This document shows, piece after piece, positions 10,283 through 20,068 of a stretch of 64,000 nucleotides of DNA. Origin of the DNA: Bacilli bacterium (GTDB lineage Bacteria; Bacillota_I; Bacilli_A; RF39; UBA660); contig JAFZKH010000009.1 in NCBI GenBank assembly GCA_017553685.1, positions 36,945 to 100,944 of the forward strand, written 5' to 3'. Each line of letters starts with the position of its first letter. Position 1 is the stretch's first letter. A program made the translations under genes and the position numbers. The notes beneath the pieces were generated by a model. The model searched no databases and was not told the origin of the DNA. It was given only the letters and a program-made list of their open reading frames with translations.

Positions 10283-10618
10283 ATGTTAAATCAAATTGTT
10301 ATTATTGGAAGACTAGTTAGAAATCCAGAAATTAAAGAATCAGAAGGAGGTCATAAATATACTAATATTACTTTAGCAGTTCCAAGAAACTATAAAAATA
10401 GTAATGGTGAATATGAATCTGATTTCATAGATTGCAAATTATGGAACGGTATAGCAGAAAATGCTTCTGAATACTGTCATAAAGGAGATCTACTTGGTGT
10501 TAAAGGAAGAGTTGAAACTAGAGTCTATGAAAAGGAAGAAGAAAAGAAATATATTACTGAAGTAATAGCAGAAAAGATAACTTTCTTATCAAGTAAAAAA
10601 GAAAAAGCAGATGAATAA
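10283..10618 (+). CDS. ssb: Short single-stranded DNA-binding protein
   Basis: LNQIVIIGRLVRNPE, DFIDCKLW, GRVETR. Start adjusted to follow the GAAAGGAG RBS. Confidence 0.92.
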   Translation: MLNQIVIIGRLVRNPEIKESEGGHKYTNITLAVPRNYKNSNGEYESDFIDCKLWNGIAENASEYCHKGDLLGVKGRVETRVYEKEEEKKYITEVIAEKITFLSSKKEKADE

Positions 10619-10686
10619 TCTGCTTTTTTAATGATATTGACCCCCAATATAAAATAATATATAATATTCTACTAAAGGAGGAGTTT

Positions 10687-11469
10687 ATGATATTTGTAGT
10701 AGGTGTAATAATATTTGTATTATTTATTTTACTAATCTCAATTAAACAAATTTCAGAATATGAAAGAGGAATCAAATTTAGATTTGGTAAATTCAAGAAA
10801 ATCTTAACACCTGGTTGGAAAATAGTTCTACCTATTTTTGAATCATATAAAAAAGTAGATATTAGAACTAAAGCTGTTGACGTTCCAGAACAAGATGCTA
10901 TAACTAAAGATAACGTATCTATTAGAATTAATGCAGTTATATACTATAAAGTATTTGATGCATCTAAATGTATCTTAGCAGTTGAAAGATATCAATATGC
11001 TGTTGGACAATTAGCTCAAACAACTATGCGTAATGCAGTTGGTGCTGTTTCACTTGATGAACTATTATCTGAAAGAGATAAGATTTCTACAGAAATTTGT
11101 AATGTAATTGATGAAGCAACTGATCCATGGGGAATTAAAGTTGAAAATGTTGAATTAAAAGACATTAAACTTCCTGATGAGATGCAAAGAGTTATTGCTA
11201 AGGTTGCTGAAGCCGAAAGAGAAAAAGAAGCTGTTATTACTAAATCTCGTGGTGAAAAAGAAGCTGCTGATAATTTAGCTAAAGCTGCTGAAGTTCTAAG
11301 TGCTGCACCTGGTGCACTTCACTTAAGAACTCTATCAACTCTTAATGATTTATCTTCAGATCAATCTAATACAATTATATTTGCAGTTCCTATTGAAGTT
11401 CTAAGAGCTTTCGATGGAACTAATGTTGTTGAAACAGTAAAAAAGATAAAAGAAGCAAATAAAAAATAG
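10687..11469 (+). CDS. SPFH/stomatin (slipin) family protein
   Basis: ITKDNVSI, LAQTTMR, WGIKVENVELKD, AEAERE. Confidence 0.93.
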   Translation: MIFVVGVIIFVLFILLISIKQISEYERGIKFRFGKFKKILTPGWKIVLPIFESYKKVDIRTKAVDVPEQDAITKDNVSIRINAVIYYKVFDASKCILAVERYQYAVGQLAQTTMRNAVGAVSLDELLSERDKISTEICNVIDEATDPWGIKVENVELKDIKLPDEMQRVIAKVAEAEREKEAVITKSRGEKEAADNLAKAAEVLSAAPGALHLRTLSTLNDLSSDQSNTIIFAVPIEVLRAFDGTNVVETVKKIKEANKK

Positions 11470-11490
11470 GCACTAGCCTATTTTTTTATT

Positions 11491-12039
11491 TTAATAATTT
11501 TCAGATTTTACTTCAAAGAAGCTTTGTGGATGATTACATACTGGACATACATCAGGTGCTTTCTTACCTACTACTATATGACCACAGTTTCTACAAATCC
11601 AAATCTTATCTTCATCTTTAGAGAATACTACTTCATCATCTATATTCTTAAGTAGTTTTCTATATCTTTCTTCATGATGTTTTTCTATTTCTCCTACTTG
11701 TCTAAATTTAATAGCAAGTTCAGTAAATCCTTCTTCTTCTGCTTCTTTGGCAAATGTTTCATACATATCTGTCCACTCATAGTTTTCACCATCAGCAGCT
11801 GCTTTTAAGTTATCCACAGTAGATGGTACTTCACCATTATTTAGGTATTTAAACCATAGTTTAGCATGTTCTTTTTCATTACCTGCTGTTTCTTCAAATA
11901 TAGCAGCTATTTGTTCATAACCATCTTTTTTTGCTTTAGATGCAAAATAAGTATATTTGTTTCTAGCTTGACTCTCTCCTGCAAAAGCAGTCTTTAAATT
12001 TTCTTCAGTTTTAGTTCCTTTTAATTTTGAATAATCCAT
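11491..12039 (-). CDS. rbr: Rubrerythrin
   Basis: [34 protein letters not shown]. Confidence 0.95.
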   Translation of the reverse strand: MDYSKLKGTKTEENLKTAFAGESQARNKYTYFASKAKKDGYEQIAAIFEETAGNEKEHAKLWFKYLNNGEVPSTVDNLKAAADGENYEWTDMYETFAKEAEEEGFTELAIKFRQVGEIEKHHEERYRKLLKNIDDEVVFSKDEDKIWICRNCGHIVVGKKAPDVCPVCNHPQSFFEVKSENY

Positions 12040-12051
12040 AATTTTTCCTCC

Positions 12052-13416
12052 TTAATTATTATCTATCCATTTTTGAACAGTTTCATGATCATCATAATGA
12101 ATTTTTTCTTTACCTAATATTTGATAGTCTTCATGACCTTTACCAAGTATAAGTAATATATCATTATCTTCCATCATATCTATACCTTTAAATATAGCTT
12201 CTACTCTATCAAATATTATTTCAAAATTATCATATTTTAAATCCTTAGTTATATCATTCATAATATTCTTTGGATCTTCTGTTCTAGGGTTATCATTAGT
12301 AAATATAACATGATCACTTAATTTACATGCTATATCACCCATTATAGGTCTCTTTAGAGGATCTCTATCTCCACCACATCCTATAACAGTAATAACTCTA
12401 TTTTCTTTTATTTCATTAAATGAATTAATTACTTTTTCTACAGCATCTGGAGTATGAGCATAATCTATAACTGCTACTCCCTTACCTGCTTTTATTAATT
12501 CACATCTACCTTTTGGAGGTTTAATATCTTTTGTAATATTAATTATATCTTCGTCTTTAATACCTAAACTACTAAGTATTAAGAAACAAGTTAAATAGTT
12601 ATATACATTAAATCTAGATGTTAAATTGGTATTAACCTCTAATAACTTATTATCTTTTTCAAATTTAATATTAGTCCCTAATGCTGTAAATTTTGCATCT
12701 TTAATTACTACATTAGAATCTTCTTTATAACCAAAAGTAATTGTATTACCTTTAATAAAATTAGATGCATAACTATCATCATTATTAACAATCATAGTTC
12801 CATTATCTTTTAGATAATTAAATATCTTTAATTTAGCATTTAAATAATTATCCATTGTTTTATGAAAGTCTAAATGATCTTGAGTAAAATTAGTAAATGC
12901 ACATGTATCAAAATGAAGACCTGCTATTCTTTCTTCTTCTAATGAATGAGAACTTACTTCCATAACAACATATTTACATCCATGTTCTTTAGCTTCCATT
13001 ATTAATTTATATAATGTTAATTGTTCTGGTGTTGTATTAGGTAATTCTCTTTTTACATCATCATAGTAAAAACCAATAGTACCTATATAAGCAGTTTTAT
13101 ATCCTAATTCATTTAAAAATTGATAAGTTAAATAACAAGTAGTTGTTTTACCATTAGTACCTGTAACTCCTATTAATTTCATATCATCAAATTCTTTAGA
13201 ATAGTTTTCTACTAATTGTTCTTTTAAATATTCTTTAGAACTATCCACTTTAATATATGGTACTGAGCATTCAATATCTTCTTCTCCTACTACTTTAGTA
13301 GCACCATTTTCAATAGCACTATTTATATAATCATGTCCATCAACAGTATGACCTTTAATAGCCACAAATGTTTGACCTGTTTTAACATTTTTTGAATTTG
13401 TTTCAAATTCTATCAT
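12052..13416 (-). CDS. murE: UDP-MurNAc-tripeptide synthetase (meso-DAP type)
   Basis: GVTGTNGKTT, MEVSSH, DHLDFH, DYAHTPD, DNPR, GKGHE. Confidence 0.95.
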   Translation of the reverse strand: MIEFETNSKNVKTGQTFVAIKGHTVDGHDYINSAIENGATKVVGEEDIECSVPYIKVDSSKEYLKEQLVENYSKEFDDMKLIGVTGTNGKTTTCYLTYQFLNELGYKTAYIGTIGFYYDDVKRELPNTTPEQLTLYKLIMEAKEHGCKYVVMEVSSHSLEEERIAGLHFDTCAFTNFTQDHLDFHKTMDNYLNAKLKIFNYLKDNGTMIVNNDDSYASNFIKGNTITFGYKEDSNVVIKDAKFTALGTNIKFEKDNKLLEVNTNLTSRFNVYNYLTCFLILSSLGIKDEDIINITKDIKPPKGRCELIKAGKGVAVIDYAHTPDAVEKVINSFNEIKENRVITVIGCGGDRDPLKRPIMGDIACKLSDHVIFTNDNPRTEDPKNIMNDITKDLKYDNFEIIFDRVEAIFKGIDMMEDNDILLILGKGHEDYQILGKEKIHYDDHETVQKWIDNN

Positions 13417-13593
13417 ATTCTACCCTCCTTAATATAATTATAACATAAAAAACTAGTCATTAAACAATGACTAGTCTTTAATTAACACATCTATTCTTTA
13501 TTACAACTATATTATAACATATATATTTAAAAAATTAAAGACTTGTATTATAATTTAATAAAAGATAAAATGCTACTAGGAGGGGTGATATAT

Positions 13594-15324
13594 ATGAAGG
13601 AATTCTTTAGAAATTTAAAATTTGTATGGAAATACGCTAAAGGTGAAAGAATTAAAATATTCTTATTCTTTATACTTAGTATAGTAGGAATTGGAGCAAG
13701 TATTATTGGTCCATTTATATCTGCTAAATTAATAATTAATTTAACTGATAATCAATTAGTTCAGTTTATAACTGTGGGCGGTATTTGTGTAATTATTTAT
13801 CTTATTTCAGATTCATTTGAATATGTTAGAACACGTTTATATCAAAAAATAATTAAAAAGATACATTTAAATATACAATCAAATCTAGGTGCTGAAATAT
13901 TAAAACTTAATAATAAAACTCTAGAAGAAAATGGATCAGGAATATTTATCCAAAGATTAGTTGGAGACACAAGACAAATTTCAACTATATTTACTGATTC
14001 AATTAAATATTTAAATGATATTATTTCTAATGTTGGTATCCTAGTTACATTCTTTGTCTTAAGTAAAATTATATTCTTATTTGTAATATTTTCATTTTCT
14101 ATTAGATTAGTATTAGAAATAATAAGAATAAATAGATATAATAAGAACGAAAAAGAATATAGAAAAACAAATGATAGTATTACAGGTTTCACCGGAGAAA
14201 TAGTTCGTGGTGCTGAAGATATAAAAATGCTTAATGGTGAAAAAAGTTTTCTTAAAGAACTAAAAGATAGATTTGAAAAACTAAATGATGAAAAGTTAAA
14301 AATGGAAAAACAAAATATGAACTTTTTAGCAATAAGATGGATTTGGGCAGAAGTAAGTTGGTTTATTCTTTTATGTTTAATAGCATGGTCTGTAGCATAT
14401 AATGGAATGGCTATAGCAATCGGTGTTGTAATATATAACTTTGGTAATAGATATAATAGATTAGTAGAAGCTATTACAGGTTTCCATGAATTAATTAAAA
14501 GATTTAATCTATCTGCTACTAGAATATTTGAAATATATACAGATGATAAATATGAAAAAGAATCCTTTGGAGACGTTCATTTAGATAAAGTAAAAGGTAA
14601 TTTTGAATTTAAAAATGTATCATTTAAATATGATAAAAACAATGTATTAAATAATCTAAGTTTTAAAGTTAATGCAAATGAAACAGTTGCATTTGTAGGT
14701 AAAAGTGGTGCTGGTAAAACTACTATATTTAGTTTACTATGTAAAATGTATGATAATTATAAAGGTAATATAACAATAGATGGAGTTAATATAAAAGAAC
14801 TAGATAAAGACACTATAAGAAGTAATATTACTATAGTAAGTCAAAACCCATATATCTTTAATATGAGTATTAAAGATAACTTAAAATTAGTAAAAGGCAA
14901 TTTAACTACTAAAGAAATGAAAGAAGCATGTAAGATGGCTTGCCTAGATGATTTTATAGAATCTTTACCTAAAAAGTATAATACTATAGTTGGTGAAGGA
15001 GGAATAACATTATCTGGTGGACAAAGACAAAGACTAGCAATAGCTAGAGCATTTGTTCAAAAAACAGAAATAATATTATTAGATGAAGCAACATCAGCAT
15101 TAGATAATGAAACACAAGCTAAAATACAAGAAGCAATTGATAATTTACAAAAGAAACATACAATACTAATAATAGCTCATAGATTATCTACTATTAAAAA
15201 TGCAGATAGAATTCTAGTTTTAAATGATGGTAAAATAGTAGCAGAAGGTAAACATAAAGATCTATTAAAGAATTGTAAATATTATAAAGAATTATATGAT
15301 ACAGAAATAACAAAAAGTAGCTAA
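13594..15324 (+). CDS. ABC exporter, fused permease and ATP-binding protein
   Basis: 6 TMs, GKSGAGKT, LSGGQRQR, ILLDEATS. Start adjusted to follow the GGAGG RBS. Confidence 0.95.
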   Translation: MKEFFRNLKFVWKYAKGERIKIFLFFILSIVGIGASIIGPFISAKLIINLTDNQLVQFITVGGICVIIYLISDSFEYVRTRLYQKIIKKIHLNIQSNLGAEILKLNNKTLEENGSGIFIQRLVGDTRQISTIFTDSIKYLNDIISNVGILVTFFVLSKIIFLFVIFSFSIRLVLEIIRINRYNKNEKEYRKTNDSITGFTGEIVRGAEDIKMLNGEKSFLKELKDRFEKLNDEKLKMEKQNMNFLAIRWIWAEVSWFILLCLIAWSVAYNGMAIAIGVVIYNFGNRYNRLVEAITGFHELIKRFNLSATRIFEIYTDDKYEKESFGDVHLDKVKGNFEFKNVSFKYDKNNVLNNLSFKVNANETVAFVGKSGAGKTTIFSLLCKMYDNYKGNITIDGVNIKELDKDTIRSNITIVSQNPYIFNMSIKDNLKLVKGNLTTKEMKEACKMACLDDFIESLPKKYNTIVGEGGITLSGGQRQRLAIARAFVQKTEIILLDEATSALDNETQAKIQEAIDNLQKKHTILIIAHRLSTIKNADRILVLNDGKIVAEGKHKDLLKNCKYYKELYDTEITKSS

Positions 15325-15327
15325 TTG

Positions 15328-15905
15328 CTACTTTTTTATTTTCAATAATAATTCATCAACTTGTTTTAATAATTCTTCTAATGTACCATTATTATATATA
15401 GTATATTGTGATTCATATCCATGTTCATTTAATGATGTTGAATTAATTCTACCTAATATTAAACTATCAGTATTCCACTTTTGAATATGATTAGTATCTA
15501 ATAGTCTTTTCTTTAATCTATCTAATTTAATATCCACATTTGCATTTACACTAATAGTTATATTGCATTTATTATATATATCCATCATAGGTAAAAGGCA
15601 AAAGTCCACTATTAAATAATCATATTTTTTAGAATAGTCATTAATAATAGTGTTTATTTCTAAATCTATATTTTCTTTGCAAATATTCATCCACTTTTTA
15701 ATGGACTCAAAACTATCAAATAAATAATGTGTTTTAAACTCTTCTAAACCCAATTTCTTTTTTATTTCTTCTGTATATATTTCATTAGTGTTCTTTTTCA
15801 TAATATTATCTACACATACAATAACTGAATTATCTAGTTTAGAATTTAAATAATTTGAGACAGTGGATTTACCAGAGCCTGACCCCCCGTTATACCTATT
15901 AACAT
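15328..15905 (-). pseudogene. Dephospho-CoA kinase-like P-loop kinase with a frameshift in a G6 run
   Basis: ATG at 15905 (RBS GAGGTG) gives MLIGITGG. The next frame gives GGSGSGKSTVS...IVD..LLP. One extra G at 15883-15888 joins the two. Confidence 0.75.
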
Positions 15906-16013
15906 GGCTTCACCTCATGCTTATAAAATACATGATAACTATAAGTATGTCAATATTTGACAGAAATAAGGTCATAATTTATAATATATACCACAAAAAG
16001 AGGGGGTGATATT

Positions 16014-16712
16014 ATGGAAATAATATATCATACTGCAGATATTACTAAAGATGCAGAAAATCTTAATACTGTATTAAATAGCGGTGTCAAAACTGTAGAA
16101 ATTGACTTTGTTATGACTGAAGATGGTGTGCCTGTTTGGACTCATGAATTGTTTCCAACTATAATATCACACTCTACTGATGCATATAAAAAAGGTCAAC
16201 TAACATTATTTGATGTATTAGATATAAATAATCATCGTTGTAAACTTATGTTAGATTTAAAATATATTCCTAGACATGTTTTATATTCTTCTAAATTCTT
16301 TGAATTAATAGAAAAATTAAATGCATATGATGAATTTCAAATTCAAAGTTTAGATTTAACATTTCTTACTAGATTAAAAGAAGCTAAGTTTTCTAATATA
16401 GAAATAGGTTTAATTATAAATGTATTAACAAAATGGTATATTACAACATTTAAAAAATTACCTAATTTTGATTTTATGTCAATTTCTTCAGAACTATGGG
16501 AAAAAGATAATGGTTCTTATATAGAAAAATGTAATGCTATAGATCCTAATGCTAAAAAATATGCATGGACATGGGCAACAAGAGTCGAAAATGAATATAA
16601 AATAGATACATTTATTAATAAAGGAGCAGATGGTATTATTACAGGTACTCCTGATTATGTAAAAAAACTAGCTAATAGAGATATATATTCAAGAAAAATC
16701 AGTTTAAACTAA
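16014..16712 (+). CDS. Glycerophosphodiester phosphodiesterase family protein (divergent)
   Basis: YH..ENL..GVKTVEIDFVMTEDGVPVWTH, YAWT, GADGIITG. Confidence 0.8.
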   Translation: MEIIYHTADITKDAENLNTVLNSGVKTVEIDFVMTEDGVPVWTHELFPTIISHSTDAYKKGQLTLFDVLDINNHRCKLMLDLKYIPRHVLYSSKFFELIEKLNAYDEFQIQSLDLTFLTRLKEAKFSNIEIGLIINVLTKWYITTFKKLPNFDFMSISSELWEKDNGSYIEKCNAIDPNAKKYAWTWATRVENEYKIDTFINKGADGIITGTPDYVKKLANRDIYSRKISLN

Positions 16713-16757
16713 ACTGATTTTTATATTAAAAAAAGAACTAATTACTTAGTTCTTTTA

Positions 16758-17390
16758 TTATACTAAAATCCATAGGGTTACCATGATTCCATCGCCATAA
16801 CATGTATACATTATTAAACTAGACTCCATATCATAAAATGAATTACCATTAGTATCTATTAAATCTGGTCCTGTATTATAACCCTTCTCTTTTTTTATTA
16901 ACTTATATGTAATTGTTCTTCCATCCTCTAATTTAATATATGCAGTATTTCCTTCAGATAAACTAGTTAAAACTCTAAATCCTTGATTATCATGATCTGC
17001 TATAACTAATCTACCTTTATTTGCATAAAATGCCGCACTATCATAATTATCTACTAATTGTTGAAGTGAAGAACTAGATGATGTATAAACATTATAATCA
17101 TATAAAGCAACATCATACCATGAAACATATAATCTACCATAAGTACCATAGTTTATACTATGAGTTTCATAAACAGTATTAGTTTCTTTTACATATTGAG
17201 TATTTACAGATGTTTTAATAGTAGAATTTACTACTTCTTTTGGTTCCTCTTTCTTTTTTTCAAGTCTAGTTGCTGTTTCATATTTATCTAATACTCTATC
17301 ATCTATTTCTTTAGCATTTATATTAAAAGTACTAAAATTATTAAATAAAATAATGAATGTACATAATAGTACAATAACAAATTTTTTCAT
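16758..17390 (-). CDS. Exported sortase-like domain protein
   Basis: Signal peptide, IADH..QGF..L..L..G motif, LIMYTC motif. Confidence 0.6.
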   Translation of the reverse strand: MKKFVIVLLCTFIILFNNFSTFNINAKEIDDRVLDKYETATRLEKKKEEPKEVVNSTIKTSVNTQYVKETNTVYETHSINYGTYGRLYVSWYDVALYDYNVYTSSSSSLQQLVDNYDSAAFYANKGRLVIADHDNQGFRVLTSLSEGNTAYIKLEDGRTITYKLIKKEKGYNTGPDLIDTNGNSFYDMESSLIMYTCYGDGIMVTLWILV

Positions 17391-17493
17391 AAACCCAAAC
17401 CCCTTGAATTGCGGTTTATTAAAACATAATAGGTTATATTTGTCAAATTTTTTGCATAAAAAAACTAGTCATAAGACTAGTTAAGTTTTTACA

Positions 17494-17568
17494 TGGAGCA
17501 AGTGAGGAGAATCGAACTCCCGTCTCAGCCTTGGCAAGGCCACGTACTAACCGTTGTACTACACCTGC
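17494..17568 (-). tRNA. tRNA-Gly (GCC)
   Basis: GCAGGTG..CACTTGC TCCA acceptor, loop TTGCCAA, TTCGATT T-loop. Confidence 0.95.
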
Positions 17569-17741
17569 AAATAACATGGAGCGATTGGTTAAGTTATTTA
17601 CAACTTTCCCATCACATTTAGGAATCAATACATATTTGTATCAATTTCTATATACATCTTACCACAAATTTATAATAATTCAAATAGAAATGATAAAATT
17701 TCTTATTTTAATGATATAATTATATATAGGTTGGTGATTCG

Positions 17742-18929
17742 ATGAATTATATTGATATTTTAGATAATAGTAAAGTTATTGAAAATTATAATAAGATAGA
17801 TGAAATTAATCCATATCCGTTTAATCATGGACTTAAACATGTTAAAAATGTATGTAAAATAATGAATAAATTGTGTGATTCACTTAATATTGGTGGCGAA
17901 AAGAAAGAGGCATTATTAATTGCTTCAGCTCTTCACGATATTGGTCAAGTAGATGGAAGAGAACATCACGGAAGAAAAGCTAAAGATTTTTTAATTAATA
18001 ATTTTGAAAACGAATTGAAAAGTCAAGAATATTACAACGATATTTTAACTGCTATTGAAAAACATGATAATAACTGTGTTGTTGATAATTCTTTGTTTAC
18101 CATACTAGTTCAATTTTGTGATAAAATGGATTTTTCCAAAGAAAGATTAGAAGATAATTATAGAGAAAAATTTAGATATTATTGTTGGGAAGATGTAGTT
18201 AAGGTTGATTTTATATTTGAAAATGATAATTTTGGAATAAATATAATAACAAATAATATTGATAATTTTGATGAGTTGTTCTCAAAAGAAAACTTTTCTA
18301 GAAAAATTGTAAATGCAGTTGAAGTATTGGCAGAAAAACTCGGGAAGAAATCATTATTATTAAACAATGGAAAGCCTATGAAAATAACTATTAGTAATTA
18401 TATTATACTTCATGGTAGTTTTGGTTCAAAGGATGGAAATTGGTTTCCTTGGTTAAAAGAACAACTTGAAGATAAAAATTATAAAGTTGATGTTCCACAA
18501 ATGCCAGTTGGGGTTGGAAATCAAAACTATGATAATTGGAGTAAAGAGTTAGACAAATTATTAATTAATGAAAATACAATTATAATAGCTCATAGTATAG
18601 CACCAGTATTTGTATGCAAATATTTAATAAATAATAAAATAAAGGTAAAAAAACTTATATTTGTATGTGGTTTCAATAATTATTTAGGAATAGATCCTGA
18701 CTTTGATGCTGTTAATGAACCAATGTTTTTAAATAATTTGGAAGATATAAAGAATTATTGTGATGATATAGTTTGTTTCTATTCAGATAATGATCCATAT
18801 GTTAAATTTGAAGTCGAGAAATCATTTGCTGATAGTATTTCAAATGAACAACACATTATAGCAAGTGGAGGGCATATAAATGCCGAAAGTGGTTATACAG
18901 AATTTAAAGAAATACTAGAATATTTGTAA
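17742..18929 (+). CDS. Fusion of HD domain and RBBP9/YdeN alpha/beta hydrolase
   Basis: HGLKH..LHDIG..D in the N-half. LHGSFG..WFPWL, AHSIA, SDNDPYV, GGH in the C-half. Confidence 0.85.
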   Translation: MNYIDILDNSKVIENYNKIDEINPYPFNHGLKHVKNVCKIMNKLCDSLNIGGEKKEALLIASALHDIGQVDGREHHGRKAKDFLINNFENELKSQEYYNDILTAIEKHDNNCVVDNSLFTILVQFCDKMDFSKERLEDNYREKFRYYCWEDVVKVDFIFENDNFGINIITNNIDNFDELFSKENFSRKIVNAVEVLAEKLGKKSLLLNNGKPMKITISNYIILHGSFGSKDGNWFPWLKEQLEDKNYKVDVPQMPVGVGNQNYDNWSKELDKLLINENTIIIAHSIAPVFVCKYLINNKIKVKKLIFVCGFNNYLGIDPDFDAVNEPMFLNNLEDIKNYCDDIVCFYSDNDPYVKFEVEKSFADSISNEQHIIASGGHINAESGYTEFKEILEYL

Positions 18930-18938
18930 ATATGAGGA

Positions 18939-19472
18939 GTGATAAATATGTTATTAATTAATTGTTCCAATAGAGAAAAGAATTGTTTTAATATTTTAAA
19001 AAATATAATGAACGATAATGATACACTTATATCTTTATCAAATAAGGATTTGAAGTTTTGTTTAGGATGTGAGTGTTGCCAAAAAGATTTAGAAAGACAT
19101 TGTGTTTTAAACGATTATATTACAAATAATGTTTATGATGAAGTTCTTAAAGCTGATACTATTATTTTAGCTAGTCCAATGTATATGAGTAATATAAATG
19201 GAATACTTAAAAATTTGTTAGATAGATTTAACACTTTTTATAATCACCAATTACTAAAAGGTAAAAAAATATATTTGCTTATGTGTGGTTATGCAACAAA
19301 AGAAGAAAATTCTGAAGAAATACAAGCTATCATTGATTATTTTAATAGTATTAAAGAATACTTATATTTTGAGTTTGAATTTTTAGATTATTTCGTTGAT
19401 TCAGATAGTCAAGAAGTAAAAGAAGAAAATAGTAAAAAAATTGAGACAATTAAACAAAGATTTAGTAATTAA
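18939..19472 (+). CDS. Flavodoxin-like / iron-sulfur flavoprotein (NADPH-dependent FMN reductase family)
   Basis: CLGCECC..C, ILASPMY, LKNLLDR. Confidence 0.85.
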   Translation: MINMLLINCSNREKNCFNILKNIMNDNDTLISLSNKDLKFCLGCECCQKDLERHCVLNDYITNNVYDEVLKADTIILASPMYMSNINGILKNLLDRFNTFYNHQLLKGKKIYLLMCGYATKEENSEEIQAIIDYFNSIKEYLYFEFEFLDYFVDSDSQEVKEENSKKIETIKQRFSN

Positions 19473-19484
19473 TTGGAGGTTGCA

Positions 19485-20051
19485 ATGAAAATATTAATCT
19501 TAAGTTTTAGTAATAACATTGTGAATGAAGATAGTTTTATACCAAATAAAATGGGACTTACATTTGCATGTGTTGAAGAATGTGAAAAAAATTTAAAAGA
19601 AAAAGGTCATGATGTAGAACATATTTGCATGAATAAAAAACACATAAATAGATGTCTAGCATGCGGAGCTAGAGGTTGGGGAATTTGTGGAAATAAAAAT
19701 ATCTGTATTCAAAAGGATGATTTTAATGACATTTATAATCATATGAGTGAGTTTGATATGTATGTATTTATTACACCAGTTTATTTTCACGAAATGAGTG
19801 AATCAGCAAAAGCGTTTTTTGATAGATTAAAAAGATGTGATGCATTCAATGATAATTCTAAAATAAAAGGTAAAAAGACTATATGTATCGCTTGTGCAGG
19901 CGGAAGTGGCAAAGGAACAGATGAAACTTTAAATTCATTTGATACATTAAATCATTTCTTAGGTACAAAAATGATAGGAAGAATACCTGTAACAAAGTTT
20001 AATTTTGAAGAACAAAAATTAGAAATAAAAAAAGCAATTAATCAACAATAA
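19485..20051 (+). CDS. Flavodoxin-like / iron-sulfur flavoprotein family
   Basis: CLACG..C..C, QKDDF, ITPVYF, KAFFDRL, AGGSG. Confidence 0.85.
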   Translation: MKILILSFSNNIVNEDSFIPNKMGLTFACVEECEKNLKEKGHDVEHICMNKKHINRCLACGARGWGICGNKNICIQKDDFNDIYNHMSEFDMYVFITPVYFHEMSESAKAFFDRLKRCDAFNDNSKIKGKKTICIACAGGSGKGTDETLNSFDTLNHFLGTKMIGRIPVTKFNFEEQKLEIKKAINQQ

Positions 20052-20068
20052 TTATTAAAGACGATAGC

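Noticed and set aside
17494-17568. tRNA-Gly as a non-proteinogenic peptidoglycan tRNA
   Set aside because: D-loop GG and TTC are intact and the T-stem pairs are ordinary. The DAP-type MurE also argues against Gly bridges.
17570-17612. CCAATCGCTCCA just upstream of tRNA-Gly, resembling a tRNA 3' remnant
   Set aside because: No T-arm or other cloverleaf parts could be reconstructed, even when joined with the sequence next to tRNA-Cys.
17443-17719. Short ORFs over tRNA-Gly (similar ones at 24054-24438, 44761-44958, 57753-57962)
   Set aside because: They overlap tRNA genes and are spurious translations.
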